The notes beneath the pieces were generated by a model. That model searched no databases. It had not been told where the DNA came from and saw only the letters and a list, made by a program, of their open reading frames with translations. DNA of 52,921 nucleotides from Erysipelotrichaceae bacterium. GTDB taxonomy: Bacteria > Bacillota_I > Bacilli_A > RFN20 > CAG-826. The position numbers were made by a program, and so were the translations under genes. The stretch spans positions 1 to 52,921 of the forward strand of contig JAAYSA010000005.1 in NCBI GenBank assembly GCA_012518455.1, written 5' to 3'. Positions 38,256 to 45,458 of this stretch are shown here, piece after piece (within the stretch, counting starts at the first letter, position 1; each line of letters opens with the position of its first letter).

Positions 38256-39086
38256 ATGAACGAAAATAAAGTAGATATTAACGAAACTAAAGAAATTATT
38301 GAAACTGAGATTGTTGAAACAAAGAGCAAAATAAATGAAAAGCCTTCAAAAGCTTGGATTGCTCCACTTTGGATGGCCCTAGTTTTTATCTTTTTAGGTT
38401 ACTTTGGCCTTAGCCTTGTAAGTGAACTTACTGCGATTATTTTGAAAGCTTCAAAAGGTCTTACTGAACAAGAGGAAATTAGGGCATACTTTTCTATGCC
38501 TCGTACACTTGGTCTTTTAAATTTTATTCGCTATATTGTCATTTTTGCAATAATGGTTGGAATACTTGAAATAAGCAAACAATTAGTACCTCTTTTAAAA
38601 GGTTTTAAAAAAGCAAGACCTTGGTTAGCAGGTATTGTCTATTTTGCTATTGGTATGGGAATTAATATGATTATTGATTCTATATCGATCTTAATCTTTG
38701 GACCAGTAAGTGATAATGTTAACCAACAAATCGTAGTTGAAGTAATTAAAGCTACTCCGGTTGCCTCATTTATTTTTATTCCTTTTCTTGGTCCAATTGT
38801 AGAGGAATTAACATATCGCGTTGGCTTATATAGTTTATTACGCCGGTGGAATAAAATTGCAGCTTTAGTAATTTCTGCACTAATTTTTGGTTTTATTCAT
38901 TTCGACTATTCGGTTTTTTCCTCAATAGGTAGTAGAGACTTTTGGATTGAAATTATTAACTTGCCGAAGTATGTGTCAATGGGTTTAGTATTTGGACATG
39001 CCTATGAAAATGAAGGTCCGCAAACTCCTATTATTGCCCATGTATATAATAACTTTATAGCATATTTTGCTACACTTCTATCATAA
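38256..39086 (+). CDS. CPBP-family intramembrane glutamic endopeptidase (CAAX protease-like)
   Basis: Polytopic membrane protein with GPIVEELTYRVG (EExxxR) and FGFIHF motifs. The track ORF begins at 38232; I prefer 38256 (MNENKV..) because of the promoter geometry. Confidence 0.78.
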   Translation: MNENKVDINETKEIIETEIVETKSKINEKPSKAWIAPLWMALVFIFLGYFGLSLVSELTAIILKASKGLTEQEEIRAYFSMPRTLGLLNFIRYIVIFAIMVGILEISKQLVPLLKGFKKARPWLAGIVYFAIGMGINMIIDSISILIFGPVSDNVNQQIVVEVIKATPVASFIFIPFLGPIVEELTYRVGLYSLLRRWNKIAALVISALIFGFIHFDYSVFSSIGSRDFWIEIINLPKYVSMGLVFGHAYENEGPQTPIIAHVYNNFIAYFATLLS

Positions 39087-39090
39087 AAAC

Positions 39091-39936
39091 ATGCAAAAAG
39101 AACGTTATTTTGTAATAAACAGCTCGATTTTGCGCATTATTGCTATGCTCGCGACACTATTAGATCATGTTGCAGTTTTCTTTATTAATAACTATATTCT
39201 CTATTATATTTTTAGAGCAGTTGGGCGCCTTTCATTTGTTATATTCGCCTTTTTTATTGTAGAAGGAGTCAAACATACTAAAAATCCACTTCGCTATTTA
39301 GGTAGACTTTTTATCTTATATTTAATAACACAGGCAATCGTTTCAATTCCTTTACTATATAATCCAGATTTAATAATACATGGCAATGTCTTTTTAACTC
39401 TTTTAGGTGGAGCAAGTATACTTGTATATTTTCATCATAAAAAATATAAACATGTATATTTGCTACTTCCAAGTATTGCTCTAATTACCTTAACAACGCT
39501 TAGTTTAATCTTTCCTACTAATACTGTTCTACTTTCCTTTACTCCTCAATACATGATCTATGGTTATTTACTTATCCTTTTATTTTATTTAGCAAATATA
39601 TTTACTCGCTCTAGTCTTAGATTTATAGAAAGAAAATACTCACTACCTGAGGCATCATTAAATGAAACAATGACTGCCCAAAAAGTTAACAATGCCTATA
39701 GTTGCATATTACTTTTTATTTTGACATTCTTTTGGTATCTTTTAAGCAGATGGACGTTTAGAACAGGTGTAGAACCATATATTCAAACATATGCCCTTCT
39801 TGCTCTTCCTCTTCTTGCCCTCTATAACGGGGAACTAGGTTATAGAGCAAAGTGGTGGAGAGTAACTTACTACCTCTTCTATCCTGTTCATCTAATTATC
39901 TTAGGCATAATTTATGCTCTAATATACTTATTATAG
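39091..39936 (+). CDS. TraX-family membrane protein
   Basis: It has ILRIIAMLATLLDHVAVFF near the N-terminus, typical of TraX, and about 8 TM helices. The start at 39091 follows the upstream stop; the track ORF starts at 39067, overlapping the upstream gene. Confidence 0.68.
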   Translation: MQKERYFVINSSILRIIAMLATLLDHVAVFFINNYILYYIFRAVGRLSFVIFAFFIVEGVKHTKNPLRYLGRLFILYLITQAIVSIPLLYNPDLIIHGNVFLTLLGGASILVYFHHKKYKHVYLLLPSIALITLTTLSLIFPTNTVLLSFTPQYMIYGYLLILLFYLANIFTRSSLRFIERKYSLPEASLNETMTAQKVNNAYSCILLFILTFFWYLLSRWTFRTGVEPYIQTYALLALPLLALYNGELGYRAKWWRVTYYLFYPVHLIILGIIYALIYLL

Positions 39937-39947
39937 GAGGAATAAAA

Positions 39948-40253
39948 ATGTTAATTGAACTAGGAAATTCTAACGATTTTACTAAAGCAATTGAAAAAGG
40001 AACCGTTTTAGTAGACTTTTACGCCTCTTGGTGTGGACCATGCCGTATGCTTGGACCAGTTCTTGAAGAACTAGCAAAAGAAGAAACTGATGTTACATTC
40101 TTAAAGGTCAATGTTGATAATCATCCTTCAGTTGCTGGACGTTTCTCTGTCTATTCAATTCCAACAATGATACTTTTTAAAGATGGAAAACCAATCGCTA
40201 CTAAAGTAGGCTATGTTGCTAAAGAACCTTTAAGACGCTTTATTAAGCAATAA
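39948..40253 (+). CDS. trxA: Thioredoxin
   Basis: 101 aa from the ATG at 39948, with an AGGAGG RBS 7 nt upstream. It has the WCGPC active site. The track ORF (39852) is an upstream in-frame extension. Confidence 0.93.
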   Translation: MLIELGNSNDFTKAIEKGTVLVDFYASWCGPCRMLGPVLEELAKEETDVTFLKVNVDNHPSVAGRFSVYSIPTMILFKDGKPIATKVGYVAKEPLRRFIKQ

Positions 40254-40280
40254 AAAGCACTTCGGTGCTTTTTTCTTTTC
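40254..40280 (+). terminator. Rho-independent terminator after trxA
   Basis: AAAGCAC TTCG GTGCTTT followed by TTTCTTTT. Confidence 0.85.
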
Positions 40281-40334
40281 AGTCTTTACAAAATTAATCT
40301 TAATTGATATTATTATCTAGCACATTAGTGCTAT

Positions 40335-40408
40335 GCAGGTGTAGTTCAATGGTAGAACATCAGCCTTCCAAGCTGAATACGCGGGTTCGATTCCCGTCAC
40401 CTGCTCCA
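40335..40408 (+). tRNA. tRNA-Gly (anticodon UCC), CCA encoded
   Basis: Folded by hand. Acceptor GCAGGTG/CACCTGC, D arm GTTC..GAAC, anticodon arm TCAGC-CTTCCAA-GCTGA, T arm GCGGG-TTCGATT-CCCGT. Total 74 nt. Confidence 0.93.
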
Positions 40409-40467
40409 AACAAATCTTACTTTAGTAATGGCTTTATTAAGCCAACAAAGTGATTATAGTAATTTAT

Positions 40468-40504
40468 AAGCCTTAGAAGAATTTGTGTTTCTAAGGCTTT
40501 TTTC
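40468..40504 (+). terminator. Rho-independent terminator after tRNA-Gly
   Basis: AAGCCTTAGAA (40468-40478) pairs with TTCTAAGGCTT (40489-40499), followed by TTTT. Confidence 0.8.
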
Positions 40505-40601
40505 ATGCAAAAATTATTAAACTCGACAGTTGTTCAAACCGATTGTTTTTTCAAAACTCGATAGACGTTTGAACCAAAACGAATAAATATATATTCAAAA
40601 T

Positions 40602-40644
40602 AAAAGCCTATTGAAATTTTATATAAAATCTTGATAGGCTTTTG
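40602..40644 (-). terminator. Hairpin terminator downstream of the three-gene minus-strand operon
   Basis: AAAAGCCTAT (40602-40611) pairs with ATAGGCTTTT (40635-40644). The loop is large (23 nt) and AT-rich, and a T-rich tail follows on the minus transcript. Confidence 0.55.
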
Positions 40645-40657
40645 AGTTACTTAGGGT

Positions 40658-41182
40658 TTATTTATCTTTTTTCTTTGGATAACTGCCATTTACTTCAATA
40701 TCCAGAACTTTATCAATATTTAAAATTTTTGCATTAGCTGTTTTTATCTCATTTTTTGTATTTAAATATTTAAACAATTCCAACGTAACTAAAGAATCAC
40801 TTAATGGGTCATGAGCATCATGCTTAATTTTTAAAAAATCACTAGTTTTAGCTAAGCTTGATAAGTTGTATAAACCATTGTCAGTTGTAAATTTGTTTAA
40901 ATCTATATACTCACCTAATATTGGTTCTAATCCGTGTATTTTTAGTTGATCGTTTAATGCTTTAAAATCAACTTCTCCAAAACAGACAACTATATTTTCC
41001 GTCAAATATGGAACTAGCCATTTTGCTAAACTAGGAAAACCGTTAAATAATGTTGATTTATTTTTAAAACGTTCAACTTTTTCTTTTGGTTTGGTTCGTT
41101 TTGCAACATCAATATTTATATCAATGGCTATTTCTTGTTTAATAATATTAAAAACTTTATCGGTTAATACTATCTCTGTCAT
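40658..41182 (-). CDS. DEDDh-like 3'-5' exonuclease domain protein (N-terminal acidic motif apparently outside the ORF)
   Basis: 174 aa. CFGEVDFKAL resembles the Exo II motif and HDAHDPLSDSL resembles Exo III (H-x4-D). A candidate Exo I motif (LFWDTE) lies upstream of the first ATG/GTG/TTG. The call is tentative. Confidence 0.45.
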   Translation of the reverse strand: MTEIVLTDKVFNIIKQEIAIDINIDVAKRTKPKEKVERFKNKSTLFNGFPSLAKWLVPYLTENIVVCFGEVDFKALNDQLKIHGLEPILGEYIDLNKFTTDNGLYNLSSLAKTSDFLKIKHDAHDPLSDSLVTLELFKYLNTKNEIKTANAKILNIDKVLDIEVNGSYPKKKDK

Positions 41183-41248
41183 ATAGATTTTAGTATTACG
41201 AACTCTTTCGGTATCCCAAAATAAATAATTCTTCTTTAAATACCCCCT

Positions 41249-42439
41249 TTATTTCAGTGTAATTAAATATAGACTTGCCTGTTCAAGTATTTGTCGTACT
41301 AAACTATTTACGCTCTTAGAATGTTTAAATTTATCATCTCCAACATTATATATGAGTTTTTGAAAGACATCGTGAGAAATATAATTAAGTGCATCTACTG
41401 GCAAATAACCATATTCTCTTTTTCCAGTCATAAAGTATGTTAATCTAATGTATTCATGGATGATTATATTAGTATGAAAGAAGTATTTATAATCATCTTG
41501 TTTTTTAATTAATCTTTTAAGAGATAAATTAAAATACTCCAAACGTTGCATTGTGTACATGAATTCAACAACTAAGTTTTCCTTATAGTTTTCGACTATA
41601 TTTTCAATTTGTTCATGATATTGATCATAACCAAGAAGAATAGTTTTTTTGATATTTTTAATTTCACTTTTAACATAATATAATTGAATGTCATCAAGAT
41701 TACTTATTATTGAAAGTTCAATTAATTGGTCTTCATAATAAATAACAATTTGATTCTTAAAAAATAAAAACTTAGAATCTGGATAAATAAATAATAAATC
41801 TTCATAAACTGCATTAATTGATTTATCAGTATACAAGAAGATATCAAGATCTGAATTTTGATTCATTTTATGTCTTCCAAGAGAACCATATAAAACAATA
41901 GCTTTATATCCGTTTTGAAGATGATTGGATATTTTTAAAGCTTCAGCATATTGTTTTAAAGGTAGGATACTTAAATCATCAATACTTGATATTTTAAATC
42001 GGTGTAAAAATTTGTCCTTAAAATTAGTTTTAACGCTATCATTTTTAAATTCTTTATCTAATCTAATAATAGTATCTTCTAAAGATTCTTCAAATATAGG
42101 ATAAGGAATTTTTGAAAAGTCCTTATTTTGAATTCTTTTAAGATAAACATTAACATCTTCAGTAACTTCGATAATAATGAAAGAGTTAATTTTTAATTCA
42201 TTAATAAAAAGATTTGTGATCATTGATCCACCTGAATATTCGATAATGGCGTTATTATGCTTTAAAATATCATTAGCAAAAAGGTTTCGAGTTTTTAATT
42301 CAGAATCTATTGATCCATTTGAGTGGTTAATTCGATATTCGTCAATTGCTAGCACTGGATAATCAGGAAATATCTTTTTAAGTTTGGATACAACATAACT
42401 TTTCCCACTATTAATATTTCCTAGCACAAATATCTTCAT
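41249..42439 (-). CDS. Fusion protein: N-terminal P-loop kinase-like domain plus Pol-beta-superfamily nucleotidyltransferase with a helical C-terminal domain
   Basis: 396 aa with a GNINSGKS Walker A at residues 7-14. The NTase signature LYGSLGRHKMNQNSDLDIFL (G-S-x9-13-D-x-D) lies near residue 190. It has an ATGA overlap with the upstream exporter gene. Confidence 0.65.
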   Translation of the reverse strand: MKIFVLGNINSGKSYVVSKLKKIFPDYPVLAIDEYRINHSNGSIDSELKTRNLFANDILKHNNAIIEYSGGSMITNLFINELKINSFIIIEVTEDVNVYLKRIQNKDFSKIPYPIFEESLEDTIIRLDKEFKNDSVKTNFKDKFLHRFKISSIDDLSILPLKQYAEALKISNHLQNGYKAIVLYGSLGRHKMNQNSDLDIFLYTDKSINAVYEDLLFIYPDSKFLFFKNQIVIYYEDQLIELSIISNLDDIQLYYVKSEIKNIKKTILLGYDQYHEQIENIVENYKENLVVEFMYTMQRLEYFNLSLKRLIKKQDDYKYFFHTNIIIHEYIRLTYFMTGKREYGYLPVDALNYISHDVFQKLIYNVGDDKFKHSKSVNSLVRQILEQASLYLITLK

Positions 42440-43773
42440 GCTATTGCCTCTTCAAAGTTTAAAATATTAATCCTTTCGCGTTTTAGCATTATTGCATAAA
42501 GTATCATTGTTAAGATACTATCTAAAGCAGTTCCTGTTGCAAACATTAATGCGATTAATGTTAAATTAGGTTGGAATACTCCAGTTTGGAAAAGAATAAA
42601 CATTAATCCGTAAAATATAGTGTTAATAACTAAAGATTGAAATAACATTAAATTTGTTTTTCCAAGACCGTAAAATATGCTATCAATTACATTATTAAGC
42701 GCGAATAAAACATAAAAGCCAACGCTTATTAATACGATAAAATGAACATCTTTATAATTAGGTATTTGTAGAACATGTTGCATAAATGGTTTCCAAAGTG
42801 GTAATGTAATAGCCCAAATAAATACGAAAATGATTGTTAAATTAAAGTATCCAAAGCTTTTCTTTTGAACTGCCTTCATTCCGCCTTCTCCACAATCAGA
42901 TTTAATTAATTCTCCAAGTTGAAGTACTGGAAGAAGTAGCCATCCCCAAATAAAGTTATTAGCTACCCAAAAAGTTCCTTGTTCGCCAACAACATTAACC
43001 ATTCTAACAATCATTAGCATAAACGCTATATTTCTAACAAAACTTTCTAATCCTGAAATACCACCTTTTTTAAATAAATCTTTAAACCAAGAATAGTCAC
43101 TTTTGAATGAATTAAATATAGGGAGTTCATTTTTATATAGTATAATAACTAAAAATATAACCATTAAAAAGTTTACAATAATATTAGTAATTGGAATACC
43201 ATTGATTCCGAGATTCAGCGAAACTTTTAATGTTGAAACAAAAAAGGTATCAAGTAAAATAGTTAGAATTAATTGCGCTATCAATACAATGTATATATTT
43301 TTATCTTTTTTAATAGTAACTAAAACAACCATGAGATATTTCATTAGTGTTCCAAATATCATAGCAATAGTCTCTAATCTAATATAATTTACCGTTTCAT
43401 CAATAATAGAATTATCTTGTGCCATAAAAATTACTAAAGGTCTAGTGAAAATAAAAATAAGTGTGGATAATACCGTATAAACAATAAAAGTGAAGATTAA
43501 TCCGCTTCTAATACGGTTTATTAGTGCCTCTTTTTCAGATATAACAGCACCAATAAAATAAAATAGTGGCAATATTAAAGCCTCTTGTAAAATTTCATAT
43601 AAAAGGCTAACCCATTGCAGTTGTCCGGCAATTGAAAATACATAAGTATTTGGTAATTGTCCAATTAAATATATCCTAAAAGTAGTGTATAGTGTTGGAA
43701 TCAATCCAAAAATGAATAAAGCAAAAAACATTTTATAATTTATAGTTTTTAAAGAATTAATAATTTTTTTCAT
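42436..43773 (-). CDS. MATE/MOP-superfamily polytopic exporter
   Basis: 445 aa with about 12 TM helices in two halves. Length and hydrophobic pattern fit MATE efflux or flippase proteins. It has a GGAG RBS. The family call rests on topology and general character. Confidence 0.65.
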   Translation of the reverse strand: MKKIINSLKTINYKMFFALFIFGLIPTLYTTFRIYLIGQLPNTYVFSIAGQLQWVSLLYEILQEALILPLFYFIGAVISEKEALINRIRSGLIFTFIVYTVLSTLIFIFTRPLVIFMAQDNSIIDETVNYIRLETIAMIFGTLMKYLMVVLVTIKKDKNIYIVLIAQLILTILLDTFFVSTLKVSLNLGINGIPITNIIVNFLMVIFLVIILYKNELPIFNSFKSDYSWFKDLFKKGGISGLESFVRNIAFMLMIVRMVNVVGEQGTFWVANNFIWGWLLLPVLQLGELIKSDCGEGGMKAVQKKSFGYFNLTIIFVFIWAITLPLWKPFMQHVLQIPNYKDVHFIVLISVGFYVLFALNNVIDSIFYGLGKTNLMLFQSLVINTIFYGLMFILFQTGVFQPNLTLIALMFATGTALDSILTMILYAIMLKRERINILNFEEAIA

Positions 43774-43993
43774 AATTTTTTCTCCTATATAATATTAATC
43801 CCTTTTACTGTCAAAATAATAAAATTATTTATTGACAATAACTTTTAAGTTTTGACAATTTTATAGTCATATATTTCTTTAAAATGTCTTGAAATAGTAT
43901 GCTTGAATGTCAAAACAAAACAAACATGAAAACCTAAAAATTGTTAACATTTATGGTTTTCTCTTTTAAATACTGCAAATAACATCTGCAGTA

Positions 43994-44021
43994 AAAAACA
44001 AAATGCGCCTATTGAGGCGCA
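43994..44021 (-). terminator. Strong orphan rho-independent terminator upstream of the exporter operon
   Basis: The minus transcript reads UGCGCCU CAAU AGGCGCA (7 bp, 5 of them GC) followed by UUUUGUUUUUU. No full-length gene lies upstream of it on that strand. Confidence 0.75.
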
Positions 44022-44047
44022 TAAAAATCACAAAAAAACTTTTGCAT
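44009..44047 (-). CDS. 12-codon mini-ORF (MQKFFCDFYAPQ), candidate leader peptide
   Basis: AAAGGAGAG RBS, a 7-nt spacer, then the ATG at 44047. The TAG stop at 44011-44009 sits in the loop/3' arm of the terminator hairpin. My own translation; not in the track. Confidence 0.3.
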   Translation of the reverse strand: MQKFFCDFYAPQ

Positions 44048-44124
44048 ATTATGTCTCTCCTTTCGTCTGTTTTGAAAGGGAAGTTAATCACTACAAATAA
44101 TACTTGATGCATTATCGGTAAAGG

Positions 44125-44382
44125 ATGAATGCCGAGACATACAGCATAAGTCCTAAACCTTTGGAGATAATGTTTATCATTTTTGGTATCCTTTTTGTTA
44201 TTGCCTTTCTTTTTGTAATTGGTTTTATGACTTATAGTCTTGTAATGAGACATAAAATGCTTAAAAAAGGTCCAGAATTAATGGATGCTACAATTGAAGA
44301 GAAAAAAGCAAGTACAGAGCTTAAAAAATCCGTTAAGGAAAAGGGTGTTAATGTAAATATTACTAATGAAAAGGAAAAATAG
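44125..44382 (+). CDS. Small single-pass membrane protein, unknown function
   Basis: 85 aa in the track ORF, with one TM helix (MFIIFGILFVIAFLFVIGFMTY) and a Lys/Glu-rich tail. The start is uncertain (44125 or 44170) and both have poor RBS spacing. Confidence 0.4.
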   Translation: MNAETYSISPKPLEIMFIIFGILFVIAFLFVIGFMTYSLVMRHKMLKKGPELMDATIEEKKASTELKKSVKEKGVNVNITNEKEK

Positions 44383-44453
44383 ATATTTTGCAAAGCTATT
44401 GTTAACTTAGTACATATTTACATTGTATTAATAAATTGATTTTAAGGGGGCAC

Positions 44454-44867
44454 ATGAAATCATTAATAATTTATACATCACAAACTGGTTTTACAAAAAG
44501 ATATGCCACATGGTTAAACGAAGAAATAGGTGGCGAGATTCTTGAGCTAAAAAGCGCAAAAAAGCAAAAGAAAGACTACTTTGCATCTTTTGATACGATA
44601 GTCTTTGGAGGTTGGGCGAAAGCTTCAAGTGTCGTTAACGCAAAGTGGTTTTTTAAAAAGTCCAAATTTTGGCACGATAAAAAACTAATCCTTTTTTGTG
44701 TTGGTGCTAGCCCAATTGATAATCCGGATTTAGTCCAATTTAAAGAAGCGGTTATTCCTGAAGAAGATAAACAATTTATCAAGTTCTTCTATTGTTCTAG
44801 GGGACTAAACTATGCAAAAATGAGCTGGTCTTCTAAACTTCTTTTAAAAATGTTTAAACAATGTTAA
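44454..44867 (+). CDS. Flavodoxin-like protein, possibly C-terminally truncated by a frameshift
   Basis: MKSLIIYTSQTGFTKRYA is a flavodoxin-type FMN-loop N-terminus. An AAGGGGG RBS precedes the ATG at 44454. Protein-like coding sequence continues in the -1 frame at 44872-44976. Confidence 0.68.
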   Translation: MKSLIIYTSQTGFTKRYATWLNEEIGGEILELKSAKKQKKDYFASFDTIVFGGWAKASSVVNAKWFFKKSKFWHDKKLILFCVGASPIDNPDLVQFKEAVIPEEDKQFIKFFYCSRGLNYAKMSWSSKLLLKMFKQC

Positions 44868-45045
44868 AATGAAGTAAAGATGAAAAGAATAGAAAGATTG
44901 CTGAAATCTTATCTCAATCTTATGATATTTCTAATAAAAAATATCTTAATCCAATATTAGAAGAATTCAATAAATAATTTGTTTTTGAGCATTGTTAGAT
45001 ATAAAAAGACACTGATATATTAAAATGTAAACGGAGGTAATAACT

Positions 45046-45456
45046 ATGTCTGAAAATGAAAAAAATACTGTTGAAGTTGAAGTGGTCGATAGTGAGAAAA
45101 AAGAAAACAAATGTTGTTCTAGTAGCAAAAAAGCAAGAGCGATTCGAAGTCTACTTGTCTCAACGTTTAGTCTTATAGTTGTTGGAGCCTATGTTCTTTT
45201 AGGTGTATTAGTAGCTTGGCACCCAACCTGGCTCATCTTTCTAGCGATTCCACTATTTGGATCTGCTATTGAGGCTGTTTTAAGAAGAAATCCACAGTTC
45301 TTTTCTGTTGAAATATTAGCTACTGGCGTTTTTCTTCTAGTAGGTTTTCTTACTAATGTATGGCATCCTACTTGGGTAATTTTGCTAAGTATACCAATTT
45401 ATCGTCAATTAATTTCTTCGTATAAGAAAATAAAAAATATTAAAGATGACGATTAA
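45046..45456 (+). CDS. Small membrane protein with an internal duplication, unknown function
   Basis: 136 aa with a GGAGG RBS. Two repeated TM units each begin with WHPTW (VAWHPTWLIFLAIPLF and NVWHPTWVILLSIPIY). Confidence 0.6.
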   Translation: MSENEKNTVEVEVVDSEKKENKCCSSSKKARAIRSLLVSTFSLIVVGAYVLLGVLVAWHPTWLIFLAIPLFGSAIEAVLRRNPQFFSVEILATGVFLLVGFLTNVWHPTWVILLSIPIYRQLISSYKKIKNIKDDD

Positions 45457-45458
45457 TC

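Noticed and set aside
43774-43812. TTGACA-N17-TATATA directly upstream of the exporter gene as its main promoter.
   Set aside because: The -10 box abuts the GGAG RBS, so a transcript started there would lack the RBS. It may still function, but I do not call it as a feature.
40409-43965. A classical integrative mobile element at tRNA-Gly.
   Set aside because: The window contains no integrase, recombinase, transposase or excisionase gene. It also has no repeat of the tRNA 3' end that I could find. Only compositional oddity and short local repeats are present.
43966-44253. A 95-aa minus-strand track ORF spanning the intergenic region upstream of the exporter operon.
   Set aside because: It reads straight through a strong terminator hairpin and overlaps the divergent small membrane-protein gene. 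It has no RBS and a basic, low-complexity N-terminus. The region is better explained by the mini-ORF and terminator.
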